Source of the DNA: the human T2T-CHM13v2.0 reference genome, Homo sapiens
Strand: one strand, 5' to 3'
NCBI RefSeq assembly: GCF_009914755.1
Contig: NC_060936.1
DNA length: 64,000 bases
Of this stretch, positions 12,713 to 26,650 are shown in pieces. The stretch's first letter is position 1. Each line of letters begins with the position of its first letter. Made by a program: the position numbers and the translations under genes. The notes under the pieces are model-generated. The model ran no database searches. It was not told the origin of the DNA and worked only from the letters and a program-made list of their open reading frames with translations.

Positions 12713-15620
12713 GTAAGTTTTGCATGTAAACTTCCTTTCTGCTGTAAACTTAGGGAAAAGTTCTATGTATTACTATAATTTTATAAAATTAGATAGTTTA
12801 AATTCTAATTTTCTCCATTATGGTAAAATCAATGCCATTCCTCGTGTATTTTTTTTTTGCTTAATATTATGCCTTTACATATGTCTTTTCATGTAATCTA
12901 GGTTGTTTTTTAAAAACCTGACAGTGGCTTTTATTTCCTATTTTTATTTCATAAATTTTCTTATTTTAGATGTTTAGAAATCCCTTGTTTGCAGATGTGG
13001 ACTAGCATTTGGGAGTTTTCAGAGTCTTTAAATACTAAAGAAAAGCCTCTAGGAATCCTCTGAGAATGCTGTGATAGTCCAGGGATGTTCGATGTCAGTT
13101 ATTACCATCTCATTACTCATTGCTCATGAGCCCTACTCATAGCATATATTATGGCTTTATAAGCAGGAAGCCAGTGATCCAAAGAGGCTTTGTGCCATTG
13201 AGTGGGCAACAATTTGAGATGGTCATGCTCCAGAGTTCCAATTTGCAATGACAGGACAACTCACATGCTAAGAATTTTTGGCTGCATTTTTTAAAACTAA
13301 AGCCCCAGCAAACCATGTTAAAGTCCAGTTCACTTTGCAATAAAAAAGATATACATGTATATATTCAGATAGAAGATACACATGTATATATTCAGATAGA
13401 AGATATATACAAGACATACACATGTATATATATAATTGTGAAAAAATTAATGTACATGCTTAAATATTCTTATAAGTTTATTTTTTCCTTTAATCATCTT
13501 GGCTAGTTCACTATTTGGATGTAGTTTTTAAAAATACATTACTCATATTGGTTGAGCTTTCATAAGAAGCCAGCACAGTTTACGGATCATGCGGTGGTTG
13601 TTGGGAGGATTCTGTTGATTGCCATATTGTTTTTATTATTAACATAGGATTCTGGTATGCTGGAAAGAGCAGAAGATACTTTTGCTCTTTGTGCTTTCTG
13701 TCTTTTTTAAATCTAAGCCAGCTTTTAAACTTGAAAACGTTTCTTAACCTCTTTGATCATTTTTCTTATCTATAATAACACGGCTAGACTAGAGTTTTTT
13801 AGTTTCATGAATGACTACTTTTAATCTCACTCCCATTTAACAATACCTTCCTCCATTCTGTCCCCAACTTTCAACTAATCTACTCCTCCTCCTTCAACTA
13901 CTCTTGTTTGGTTTGTTTCTTTCTTGGTTTCCTCCTGGATATTGTAGCAACTTTACTTTTTATTTTTTAATAACATGTTAAAGTTGAAGTAGAGTTCAAT
14001 TGATAAATTCAGTTTCCCTGTGGTCATTTCTTTAGTTACCTCCTTTATTATATGCTATTTTGCTCTATTTTCTATCACTTTTCTTCCCATATCCCATGTC
14101 TTTTAAATATATACATACACGAAATTGAAATATTAAACTGGATATATAAACTATTTATATTTTGAGATATTTGCCTTGTCTTTGAAAATAAGCCTGTGAA
14201 CTACCCACATTAATTTCCCCACATGGACCCTAAACCACACACATGCTATGTACATGCATACATATATTTGATATTAACTTTTTTTTAGCTTTGCCATGAA
14301 CTGTGATTTTTTTTTTAAAAAATTCAAATAGGTAAATTCAGGAAGATCCTCAAAGAAAGGAAAATAAGTAGACAAAAGTCAATAACTCTGATCTAGATTC
14401 TAAAGGATTTTTTTTCATGAGGATCTTCTTTAGTTATCCTTAACTTAATGTCAGTGGGAATATACTTTGATCTACAAATTGTTAGCCTCTTTGGTGTATT
14501 ACTTTGCTCTTTCAGGATCCTTGGCATTAAGAATATATATGTAAACAGTATACTGCTATAGTTTAAGTCATTTGTTTTTATATACATATACATTCTGAAT
14601 GCAAAAATATCATACTTGAGCAATTATCATGTTTTCTTACCAATAATAAATATATGTAATATACTCAACAAAATAAGTTCAGTATAATTCCTTAGTAGTG
14701 AAAAAACTGATCTCCAACAGCTTATCTGGTCTGTAAAAGACAATGACAATGAAAAGATTGATTAATTTTATCTGTTAGGAAACCAAGGAAAACTAGGTCC
14801 ACGATATCAAGAAACCACAAACCTACCCTCTTTCAGAAAGATGGAATCTGAATTGTTTTGTCAAACTTGGTTACTTCTATAAAGAATTATATCTGATCAG
14901 TCATTCTCAAGGGAAAAATCAACAGATTTCAGGAAATGATTACACAGATGTCCTCCCCTCCCCAGGTGATTTTATAGTTACATCTCATGGCCTTCAGCAT
15001 ATACCCTAATCCCCAATTTCTACTCATTATTCACTTATTCATGCATTTATAGATTTATTTATCAAACATTATTGAGCTCCTAATATCTGCCAGACATTGT
15101 ACACTGTGCATTGTGCAGACATTGAGTTCAACAACTATGTGGCATCTGACACATTACCATTCATTTCAGAGACTCCATTGAAATGAGATCATTCCCAATT
15201 CTTCCTAGACAATTGTGTATTACACAGGGTTGCCATAATATCCACAATCTGGAACCACTTTGTTATATGTGGATGTCTGGAAATAAGCCTCCCAATACTC
15301 TCCAATTCTTTATAGTAGGTTTCCTAAGATGATCCTCATGCAATGGGATGGTTGAGGCCACTGCTTCTCTCAACCCTTCTATTACTCATGTTATTCAGGT
15401 ACAATACACTATTTTTTTTTCCTAAAAGTCTGTTGAATGTGGATTAAGTGCTGTTACCAATATTATATAAAAAAAACAAAAACTGTATAAGCTGAAATTG
15501 TTCACTCTTGTATTAAAAGTAATATGCACTACAGTGTATTTCTAAGAACGTGAAATGCTTGGATAATTCTGGGGTAAGATCTGAACTGTTAAATAAGATG
15601 CTAATTGGGCTCTTTGTTAG

Positions 15621-15830
15621 TTGGGTATGCAGCACACTGTGATGTCATCCACCAGGAGCTCTTTGCTCCTTGCCACATCTATATTAGCCCTGGGCTGTAC
15701 TATCAGCTATGCCGCCACGATGCATGCAAGTGTGGAAGCTCCTGCCTGTGCAATGCTCTTGCCCACTATGCCTACCTCTGCGGCCAGCACGGTGTTCCCA
15801 TTGATTTCAGAACTCAGATTTCTTTCTGTG
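15621..15830 (+). CDS. OTOGL: OTOGL exon I (210 nt): IGYAAHCDVIHQELFAPCH...CRHDACKCGSSCLCNALAHYAYLCGQHGVPIDFRTQISFC, C8-2
   Basis: tgttag|ttg...tgtg|gtgagt; C8 pattern. Confidence 0.96.
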
Positions 15831-16652
15831 GTGAGTACAATGGCACAGATAAAGACTATCAGATAATACCTTAGAGACCTCTATGTTTGTAATGACTGCT
15901 TTTATTTTTTAAATGAAATGTCAATATTGCATGTAAGTTATTTGAAATATTCTCATAATGTACAAACATGAAAAGCAAATGAAATAATATCTTAAGATTG
16001 GAGATATGTTGGATAAGACCAATAACTTTTGACTAGTTTTGTAATAAACGAAATTATTGTAACTATGTTTTGAAATACGCAACAGAAATAATTTAAAACA
16101 TTTGAAAAATTCTTATCGTGGAAATATCATATCTAAATATTGGAAAGTATGGAACAGATTATGTAATACAGTGACGCAGTTGATTTGTATTTAAATAGAT
16201 GTTATGCAACAGGCAATTATTATCAAGTTATTGGGGCTCTAATTTTCACACTTATGTTGTCTGCCATTTTCATTCATGGTAGATTGTTTCCTTGTGTGTT
16301 TTATAATTTTTTTTAATCAGCTTATTTTTACCAGCACCCCTCCAGACCCATTAGAATCTTTTGTGACTTAGGTTTTGGGGGTACCACTCTCTCCACCTCT
16401 TCATTCCTTCATTGGATTTTTCCAGTTATTCCAGGGGTATCATTGGCTGGTGTTGACGTTAATTGCTCAATTTTGGCTTTCTAAGACAAAAATAGTGTAA
16501 ATATAAAAGTAATGTAAATTCATATACCAAATTTGTTTAAGATATCAACCTAGGATTTTAATTTCTTAGAGGTAACTTTTTAATCACAGACCCAGCAGTT
16601 AGAGAAGCTTTTCTATCACCTTTCTATACTATGAGCCAGTTTCTTCTAGTCT

Positions 16653-16893
16653 GGGGGTTGACAAGTTACAACCACTGGGTCTCCTGCATTTTTGTGAATA
16701 AAATTTATTGAAATATAGTCATGCCCATTTGTCTGTGTGTTGTCTATGGCTGCTTCTATACTACAAGGGCAGAATTGAGTAGTTGTCACTCAATTCAACA
16801 TATATAGTTCTGCAAAGCTGAAAATATTTACCATTTGCGAAGCTGAAAATACTTACCATTTGGCCCTTTGCAGAAAAAGGTTTCCAACCCTTG
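16653..16893. mobile_element. MER58A-like hAT MITE
   Basis: aataaaattttattgaaatatagtcatgcccattt...gtctatggctgcttct...aaaatatttacc...ggccctttgcagaaaaagg. Confidence 0.75.
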
Positions 16894-17070
16894 CTTTAGT
16901 CCTTCATTTCCACTGAGGATGTTGCTCTTTGAGCATCCAAGTTAAGGGTCTCCCAATTCCTTGCCTTGTAACAGGCCAGCTTTCATTTTCTATCATAGAC
17001 CTCTAAGGAGGCATAAAATGTTTCTATGTGCCATGGCAATCTTTCTCAAGTGATACTTCTTTGTCCTTAG

Positions 17071-17236
17071 CTGTGGTGTGCCAGAAGGGCATGCTGTACC
17101 ATCACTGTTCCTCGTTCTGCCTCCATTCCTGCATTTCTCTCTCTTCCCCGGAGCAGTGCAGTGATGACTGTGCTGAAGGCTGTAATTGTCCGGAAGGCAA
17201 ATTCTATGAAGACACTCTTAACTTTTGTGTACCCAT
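17071..17236 (+). CDS. OTOGL: OTOGL exon J (166 nt): AVVCQKGMLYHHCSSFCLHSC...CAEGCNCPEGKFYEDTLNFCVP, TIL2
   Basis: ccttag|ctg...ccat|gtaagt; TIL pattern. Confidence 0.95.
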
Positions 17237-17872
17237 GTAAGTCGTAGAAACAGGTTGGCAGCATCCTGTTTTAATCTCTTTTTCTCCTTACGGGCTAAAT
17301 GAGCTTTCATGGAAGTTTTTGAAAAAAATATTTCTTATCGTCTTTACTTTTTTTTTTAAAAAACCCTGCAAATGTTCATCAACAGTTACAGAAATAGCTA
17401 AGGAATCTCTGATGGTTGATCTTGAAGTGTATTCCTGCTTGCTTTTACCATAGTCAAATCAATAACAAGGTTTGTGCTTCACTGTCACATGGCAAACTTT
17501 AGTAGCAGGACTTTAATATCTCAGCACTCACAAATTTCTCAATTTACACACGAAGTAAAGCCCTTTGTCTTATATATAGTGTTAAATGATATATCAGTTA
17601 TGTTTCTCTGAATTGCATTCAGTGATTTTTCTTGTGACTAAAACAACACAGTTTGTGAGTTGTATTTTAGAAAACAAAATTTGGAGCTATGCAAAACTTC
17701 ATGTCTAAGCAGCTTTTGCCATTTGTGTAATAGGATTGCATGCAGTCTTGTAGAATAATGCAGACCTTAGAGTGTACCTTACAATGACCAATGGAGAGCA
17801 CAAGGTCAGCTTGAATTTTAGTGGTTTTTGAAAAAAATTGTATCCTATTTACTTTACTTTTTCTTCGTATAG

Positions 17873-17947
17873 ATTCCACTGCCGTTGTCATTATAGGGGC
17901 AGTGTTTATCAACCTGGAGAGCTCATCCCCACACCCTCGGGCTTATG
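17873..17947 (+). CDS. OTOGL: OTOGL exon K (75 nt): FHCRCHYRGSVYQPGELIPTPSGL
   Basis: gtatag|att...tatg|gtaggt; E module C.C.Y.G..YQPG. Confidence 0.93.
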
Positions 17948-18004
17948 GTAGGTTTCAATGATGGGGATTGTGTTTGACAAATGATGTATGTTCTAATATA
18001 ATTC

Positions 18005-18290
18005 TTTCTTTTATATATATATATATATATTTTTATTATACTTTAAGTTCTAGGGTATATGTGTACAACGTGCAGGTTTGTTACGTATGTATACATGTGT
18101 GCCATGTTGGTGTGCTGCACCCATTAACTCGTCATTTACATTACATTGGGTATATCTCCTAATGCTATCCCTCCCCCCTCCCCCCACCCCACAACAGGCC
18201 CCGGTGTATGATGTTCCCCTTCCTGTGTCCAAGTGTTCTCATTGTTCAATTCCCACTTATGAGTGAGAACATGCAGTGTTTGGTTTTTTT
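18005..18290 (-). mobile_element. 5'-truncated L1PA (PA4/5-like) 3'UTR with (TA)n tail
   Basis: tattatactttaagttctaggg...cccattaactcgtcattt...gagtgagaacatgcag. Confidence 0.88.
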
Positions 18291-18859
18291 AACCCAAACT
18301 GTAAGTTGAAATATGACTTCTGTAATTAAAAAATAAAGATAACAATGTAATCTTTAAATATATTATAATCATGTGATTGTATATATATGTACAAACACAT
18401 ATATACATAATACATGCATATATGACATTTCAAAGTGAAATAACCAAGTTTTGTACTCATAACTGCAGAAAGGAGTTATGAATTTAAGTACCTCACAGTG
18501 AAATGAAAGTCCTTTGATCATTTTTTGTTATTAGATAGAAGTTAGGGGTGAAGTACGTGTTTAAATACAACAGTATTACTGAATAGGCTCAAAAAAAAAA
18601 GCAATTTCAAAATAGATTTGAAAAATGTCCTGCACAGTAGTAAGTGTGCCTCCTCCCCAGGCCCATCAATACTAGAAAGATAACACTTAATCATAGGATA
18701 ACACTCATTCTGGTTATAAATTTTCTGTTGAAAATCTAGGCACGTCCATGCAGCAGTCCATACTTACATATAATTCCTAACCTCCCCTTTTTAGTTGCCC
18801 CATAGGTACCAACAGATAATAATAGACAGTAGATAATAACAATAATAATCATTTCTAAC

Positions 18860-19060
18860 CATTACTGTGTACCTTGTTTTGTGCTGGCACCATTCTAAGT
18901 GTTTAATATCTATTATTAAAATACTTACTCATCACCATAACCCTAAGAGATAGGCAATGTTGTTTTATCCTGATTTACAGGTGAGGAAAATGGGATACAG
19001 GTGGCTAAGGAACCTGATACTAAAGCTGGGAGTTAGTCCCAGGCAACCTGGCTCGGCAGT
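18860..19060. mobile_element. MIR
   Basis: core tttacaggtgaggaaaatggg...ggctaagg. Confidence 0.6.
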
Positions 19061-20720
19061 GCTTGTCTCCTGCCTACTTTGCTCTGCAGCTGATTTTTGT
19101 ATTCACAGCAGAATATTGATTATGCTCAATTTACCTTTATCTTTATCTCCACCTTTTTTCCTATCCACATCAAGACACAGTGGCAACTAGCTCTTGGATC
19201 TTTCTGTGGTACGCAGTACTATTATTCACACAGTTTCCCAAGCCAGAGCTCCAGGAATCATTTTCGACTCTTTCCTCTTGCTCAAAACACCTAATCAGTA
19301 AATACCCAGCAACTTTGGATTTTACTTGATTTTACTTTCTACGCGTAGTCAAAAGCCATTTCTTCCTTTCCATCATCACTGCTTTAGCAATCAGTGTGTC
19401 TCATTTTCTCTTCCCTGGACCTTCCTCTCTGGTGTTCTTGCTTCTAGTTTTTCCCCTCTTTCATTCTGCCGAGGTGTCCTGTCTTTTTGGATTTAACATG
19501 ATTAATGTATGTAAACTTAGCAAAAAAAAAAAAAAGTAACCATCCCTCCTCAATGAAAAAAAATCAAAATTCACTTAATATAGTGACTTTGTTAGCCATT
19601 CCTTTTTAAAAGCCTTTGTCCCAGAATAAGTATGATATGGAAGACCTGGATATGTGATCTGAGACCTGTCTGTCTCAGTTCCTCTGTGCTATTCAAAGTG
19701 TGAGCAAATTCAATCAGAAGTGACTCACTCAGTGGTGAATCACACCTCTGAGTGTTATTCTAGTGTTCAACTATGCATTGCATATTTTTTATGTGATGTG
19801 GACTGTATATGTGATTCAGCTTCTTCATCTGGGCTTAAATATAGAACATATGATCTGGTCCAAAGCTGAAAGAAAAACTGTATTGGAGTTATTGAGAACT
19901 AATGTGTTGTTTTCCATCATGTTATCTTCTTCAGGGATTTTCAAGGCTAATTTTTCCTATATGTGGCTCTTGCCTTATACTCTGACTTTAGAATGTAAGT
20001 TGCAAGGAAGCTGTGACTCCACCCTATCTTCAATGCTGCTGCCAAAATGATTCAAAGCAACCATATCACTTTTCTGCTTAGGTCTTCAATGGCTCACCTC
20101 AGGGGTAAAATCTTAGCATCTTCTAGGAGCTAGCCTCTGCCTCTTTTGGCATTCTCACAGCCTGTCCCTTCCTGCATTGCACTTTGCTATGTAGAATGCT
20201 GCTTTACTTCTTCATGGTTTATGTGTTTCCACTGAGTGTTATAGCCTTCCTACCTTAGGTGTGCCATAACCTCCATCCACTCTTCAAAACTGTTCAGACT
20301 TTACTTCCTTTGATTCCCTGATGTTGGTTGCCAACAGATTTTAAAAACATTTTTTCTTTGTTTTACTTCTATCTCTTAACATATTTCTATGTTGCATGTG
20401 TCACACTGCATACATTATTTATTTGTGTGTCTTCCCCTTCTGTGAGACAAATTATGGTAAGAACTATGAATTTTGATGTTCATGTCTCCCATGCCTATCC
20501 CAATGCTCCACACTTATAGGTGTTTGATAAAAAGTGTTGTGTTGAAATAGCGTTCCTGAAATTGGACCTAACCCAACAGCTTGTAAAAACTTCTGTGGGA
20601 AAAATAACATTTGTATAATGTACTCAATCAATTCTTGTACGTTAGATTGTTGTCGAAATTCAGGGAAAAAAAAAAAACAACAGATTTGGTTCCATAAATT
20701 AACTATTTATTTACTTCTAG

Positions 20721-20773
20721 CCAGTGTTCAAATGGGACTGTGAAATGTGATGAATTAGCAACGCCCTCTGCTG
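20721..20773 (+). CDS. OTOGL: OTOGL exon L (53 nt): CQCSNGTVKCDELATPSA
   Basis: ttctag|cca...gctg|gtaaga; phase 2-1. Confidence 0.92.
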
Positions 20774-21129
20774 GTAAGATCTTAAAAGATGTTTTCCTGA
20801 ATGAGGGTTCAGCTCTGATACCACCTCCACTCCTGGCAGAAGTCATCAATCACCTCTTCTTCCCAATGTGCATGGCTATAGCCTTGGGAATGTTCTTCAA
20901 CATGGTGTTCCAGTGCTTCTTAACTTTTTCCACATTGAAAATTATAATATTTTTAGGACAGTCTGGGTTGAACATATAAGTCAGCTCAGGGGCGGAGCAG
21001 GTCAACCCAGGGATGCTGCCTAGATGCTGCCTACCACAGGACCACCTCAGGCATCCCAAGGACTTTAGGGATATGTATCTAGGCAAGTGTTGTAACCCAT
21101 TTGTGGGACAGAAATTGGGAAAATCTATT

Positions 21130-21298
21130 TTAGACCTTCACTTCTCAGATTTTAGTGTGCACATATGGGGATCTTGTTAAAATGCAGATTCTGATTCATT
21201 AGGTCAGGGGTGATACCTGAAATTCTACATTTCTATCAGTGACCAAGATAACATTAATACTTCTGGTTCCTGGGCTGCATTATGAGTAGCATGGCTCT
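21130..21298. mobile_element. MER5-type hAT MITE
   Basis: ggggatcttgttaaaatgcagattctgattc...tgagtagca. Confidence 0.7.
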
Positions 21299-22266
21299 GG
21301 GACTAGTAGCAATAAATTTAACAATGCATGTAAAATGACATCCACTGTTATCCCTTCAGAATGTCATTTTAAATACCTTTCCTAAGATCTTATGTATTAG
21401 GACCATATATATTATTTATTTTCATCATATAAAGAGCCTCAAATTCTCAGTTACTATGGGCAAATTCTAGGCACATAATAAACAATACTTGCTTTCATAG
21501 ATTTTAATGGGCAGGAAGAGTGTAGGCTAATAAAAGTAATTGTAAGCTATTATTGCTTTGTTATGTATTTGAATGGCCTGGTATATATTATTATTAAAGA
21601 GCTTTGAATTACATGCCCTGAATTTACTTTACAAGGATTCAGACAAGCCTAGGGCTTCTTTACAAGACATGTTTATGGACCACACACATTCGGTAGCTAC
21701 AGGGCCATCCTGACTCTGCCCCATTTCTTTCAGGGTGACTCGCCCCCATTTGATTCAATGAAGGGAAGCCCAGGTGGCTAGCCTTCTCACAGAGGAACCC
21801 ACGGGATTTTATCCCTTTGGCCCCACTTGAGGAAATTTATTTGATCTCTAAGAGCCCAAAAGCTTTCTGGAAGAATATGGAGCCCCTGTCCTGACTATAG
21901 TTATGTCTACTTCTGCACTTCTGTGGTATAGTGAGAACTGATATAAACAATGACTTGAGGTGAAGCAAGATTTAGAATAATCGTGTGTTCATTGTAGCTT
22001 TGTAAAAGCCACAATGCTTTTACATTATGCTTAAAAATTGATAACATATGCTGAAAAATTGATAATATATGTATGAATTAATAAAAATATCTTGTTTTTT
22101 GACTTCAGAAAATTATATTCTAGTTAGTTACTGTCTTATGGAAGGCAGCTAACATTCTCAAACTCAAAATAGGTTTAGAATAAACCTATTTTATGAATTT
22201 TGGTGTTCATATCTCCCATGCCATGACAAAAAGTTGAGGACATTTTGTCTGTGCTTATATCTGAAG

Positions 22267-22429
22267 TTCACATCTGCCCAGAGGGAAAAGAGTATTTCGA
22301 CTGCAGGTTTCCTGACCCTGAATTACCAGCTGGTGGTGTTAATTGTGAGACTACATGTGCAAACCTAGCCATGAACTTCACCTGCACCCCATCCTCACCC
22401 TGTATAAGTGGCTGTGTTTGTGCTCCAGG
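22267..22429 (+). CDS. OTOGL: OTOGL exon M (163 nt): VHICPEGKEYFDC...NCETTCANLAMNFTCTPSSPCISGCVCAP, TIL'
   Basis: ctgaag|tt (AAG acceptor)...cagg|gtaagc; D' TIL pattern. Confidence 0.92.
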
Positions 22430-22960
22430 GTAAGCCTCTTCTTCATAATACAGAACATTCAGGATTTGCCTGAAAGCACAATATCTCCTGAAAACATTCT
22501 TTATAGAAATAGCCAGAATTGTTGTTCTGACTAGTGGTTAACTGGGTTGGTAGCTAGAAGACTATTGTGATTGTTTTGCTTGGCTCATGTGACATTGTGA
22601 AATATTATTAATGTAATACACTGAATTGAGGAGAAAACTCATTTCTGGATGAAGCTGGAATTTCTCCCCTGATGAAACTGCAATTTTGAGAAAGTGACAC
22701 AATTAATCACTCTTCATTCAAAACACTCTTCAAGTGCATTTTTAAATATTCTGTTGTGCAGTTACTGGTATTGATGTGAAGTTGTAATAGTGATGCCAAC
22801 TGTTTTATCTTAAAGAAAATAGTGTATTGAGGCTACAAAGGGCAGTGGGTAAGAGTGGGAGCTCTGGCATCAGACACACCACTGCTCAAATCCCAGCCCT
22901 GACACTGTTAGTGGAGTGATTTTTCTGCAAGTTCTTTTTAAGCCTCAATTAGGCATTGTG

Positions 22961-22961
<1 letters not shown>

Positions 22962-22996
<35 letters not shown>
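22962..22996 (+). repeat. (TG)17 microsatellite
   Basis: perfect dinucleotide run. Confidence 0.97.
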
Positions 22997-22998
<2 letters not shown>

Positions 22999-24276
22999 TT
23001 AAAAATATGAGCCACTATTTTGTGGCAGCATATATTCTACTCCTATCTTCATAAATATTCTTCCATTGCAGAAATGCCTAGTGCACGTGAAAGACAAACA
23101 CAGAATCTTGTGGCTATTGGCTTCCTCACAGGCACACATATAATCTGGCCTCCCTGGCCCTCCCTCTTCTGGTAATGAAATAGAGGCTGTGCAGAGGGAG
23201 TGCCATCTAAGGCAAACAGGTCACCCATTCTTCCTCAATGAACATGTTCACACAAAGGGATTCCTGGGATCAGCTCATATAAACCAGGGGCAAAGAAGAG
23301 CGAGGTCTTGTGGTTTGTTTCCCAGGAGAATCGCATTTGTCTAAATGGCCCCCATCTGGAATAGGTTGAAGAGCCAAGTAACTTGGAACTGGCATTAATC
23401 TCTTTAGAAAGAAAGGACATAGGAGGCAGAGACAAGAAGGTCACAAAAGAACAAGTGCCTGTGGCTGGGAAAATAAAGACAGGTAGAAATAAGGCCATAG
23501 AGCAGATAAGCAAGAAAGACATTTTAGTAAAAAGGAGAAGGGAAATAGAATAATTAAAACCCACAACATTGCTTGATTTATTTGATTTGATTGTGACTCT
23601 TAGGAATGCATGGCTAATTAAAGCCATATCCTAATTTTGTTTTATATGCTGTGCTTGAGCTATTATCTTTTAAAATATATTTACTGTCACCTTTGATATT
23701 TAGTTGGACAGTGATTTATTTACTGGCTAAATCTCATTACAAAACGTTAAGGAGATTTCCTCCTACCTTCTCTGACTGTATTGAAATAAATGTGGGTGGA
23801 ATTGACTTAGAGGCCTCTGACAGATTTGGAAATATTTTATTAAGATAGCCTTCTCCTACAATATTGTTTATGGTAATGTGATTTGCCCTGTCTTCTATGT
23901 GACCTTGTCTGGCTCATTTTGGCAAAATAGTCCAGTGTGACTTGTTTCATGTGGCTCCTAACAGTGCCAGCAGTTTATTGACTGTAAAAGGACCACATAA
24001 CCCTAATTGAGAAATCACTGTGGATTGAAGAAATGGAGAATAGTATAGAGGAAAAGTCAGATGGAAATGGCTTCTATGCTGGCCCTCCTTATAAGCCGAA
24101 GTACCTCATGGCAAGTTACTTAACCACTTGAAATCTCAAGTTTCTCTTTTAATAATGGATATAACACTATATTTACTTCTTGGATGATTGAGTATATGCT
24201 GCACACCAGTTATATAGTAAGAGCTCAGCAAATGTTTATTTCTTATCCCACTGCCCAAACTTGCTTAAAGCAGATA

Positions 24277-26650
24277 CAAGCATACTTTGTTTCATTGTGT
24301 GTTTTGCTTTATTGCACTTCACAGGTGTTGCATTTTTTACAAATTGAAGGTGTGTGGCAACCCTGCATCAAGCAAGTCTGTTGGTGCCATTTTCCAACAG
24401 CATGTGCTTACTTGGTGTCTCTGTGTTGCATTTTGGTAATTTTTGCAATATTTCAGAACTTTTTCATTATCATTATATCTGTTATGGTAATCTGTAAACA
24501 GTGAACTTTGATTATTATGTAATTATTTCAGGGTTCCACAAATGGTGCCCATATAAGATGGAAAAATTAATTGATGAATGTTGTGTGTGTTCCGATTTCT
24601 CCATGTATAGGCCATTCCACCATCTCTCTTGCTCTTCTCAGGTCTCTCTATTCCCTGAGACACAATACTGAAATTAGGCCAATTAATAACTCTACAATAG
24701 TCACCAAAAGTTCAAGGGAAAGGAAGAGTCACACATCTGTCACCTTAAATCAAAAGCTAGAAATGATTAGATTTAGTGAGGAAGGCATATTGAAAGCTGA
24801 GATGGGCTACAAGCTAGTCCTTTTGCAACAGTTAGCCAAATTGTGAATGCAAAGGAAAAGTTCATGAAAGAAATGAAAAGTGCTACTACTCCAGTGAACC
24901 CACAAGTGGTAAGAAAGCAAAGCAGCTAGCTGTTATGGAGAAAGTTTTAGTAGTCTGGATAGATCAAATCAGCTGCAACATTCACTTCTGCAAAGGCTTA
25001 ATCCATAGCAAGGCTTTAACTCTTTTCAATTCTATAATGGCTGAGGGAGGTGACAAAGCTGCAGAAGAAAAGTTTGAAGCCAGCAGAGGTTGGCTTATGG
25101 AGTTTAAGAAAAGAAACTATCTCCATAACATAAAAGTGCAAGTGCTGATGGAGAAGCTGCAGCAAGTTATCCAGAAAATGCAACTAAGATAATTGATGAA
25201 GGTGGCTACACTAAACAATAGATTTTCAATGTAGATGAAACAGATTTATATAGGAATAAAGTGCCATCTAGGACTTTCTTAGCTAGAGAGAAGACAATGC
25301 TTGGCTTCAAAGTTTCCACGGACAGGCTGACTCTCTTGTTAGGGGCTAAGGCAGCTTGTGACTTTAAGTTGAAGCCAATGCTCATTTACCATTCAAAAAA
25401 TCCTAGGGCCCTTAAGAATTATGCTAAGTCTACTCTACCTGTGCTCTGTAAATGGAACAACAAAGCCTGGGTGGCAGCACGTCTGTTTACAGCATGGTTT
25501 ACTGAATATTTTCAGCCCACTGTTGAGACCTGATGCCTAGAAAAAAAATTCCTTTTAAAATATTACTACCTATTGGCAGTGCACCTGGCACCTAGGAGTT
25601 CCAGTGGAGATGCAGAAGGATATATTAATGTTGTTTTCATGCTTGCTAACACATTTATTTTGCAGCCATTGATCAAGTAGTAATTTCAACTTTAAAGTCT
25701 TATTATTTAGGAAATACATTTCACAGGGCTATACCTGCCATAGATAGTGATTTCTCTGATGGATCTGGGAAAAGAAAATTGAAAATATTTTGGAGAGTAT
25801 TCACTATTCTAAATACCATTAAGAACATTAGTGATTCATGGGTAGAGGTCAAAATATCAACACGAACAGGAGTTTGAAAAAAGTTTATTCTAACCCTCAC
25901 GGATAACTTTGAGGGTTTTAAGATGTCAGTGGAGGAAGTAACTGCAGATGCAAAGGAAATAGCAAGAGAACTAGAATTAGAAGTGAAGCCTGAAGATATG
26001 ACTGATTTGCTTCAATCTCATGATAAAACTTGAATGGACGAGGAGTTGCTTCTTATAGATGAGCAAAAAAAGTGGTTTCTTGAGATGTGATCTATACTTG
26101 GTGAAGATGCTGTGAACATTGTCAGAATGATAATAAAAGATTTAGAATATTGCATAAACTTAGTTGATAAAGCAGTGGTAGGGTTTAAGACGACTGACTG
26201 CAATTTTGAAAGAAAATTTTAGGTAAAACACTATCAAATGCATTGAACACTACAGAGAAATCTTTTGTGAAAGGGGGAGTCAATCAATGTGGCAAACTTC
26301 ACTGTGTCTTATTTCAAGAAATTGCCACAGATATCCCAGCCTTCAGCAACCACCACCCTGATTAGTCAGCAGCCATCAACATTGAAGCAAAACCCTCCTT
26401 CAGCAAAAAGATTATGGCTCCTTGAAGGCTCAGATGATCATTAACTTTTTTTTTTTGCAATAAAGTATTTTTAAATTAAGGTATGTATATTTTTTAGATA
26501 TAATGCTATTATGCATTTAATAGACTATGCTGTAAATATAACTTTTATGTGTACTAGGAACCAAAAAATCTGTGTGACTTGCTTTATTGTGATATTAACT
26601 TTATTGCTGTGGTCTAGAACCAAATTAACAATATCTCTGAAATACACCTA
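24277..26650 (+). mobile_element. Full-length Tigger1 DNA transposon (decayed pogo-type transposase)
   Basis: TA|caagcatactttgtttcattg ... aatatctctgaaatacaccta|TA ends; transposase fragments [34 protein letters not shown]...[20 protein letters not shown]. Confidence 0.93.

Noticed and set aside
23235-23627. 130-aa minus-strand ORF (similarly 49033-49422 and 52742-53155)
   Set aside because: No recognisable domain or splice context; consistent with chance ORFs in intronic or old-repeat DNA.
24571-25533. Transposase-like ORFs as a domesticated TIGD-type gene
   Set aside because: Multiple frameshifts and stops within an ordinary Tigger1.
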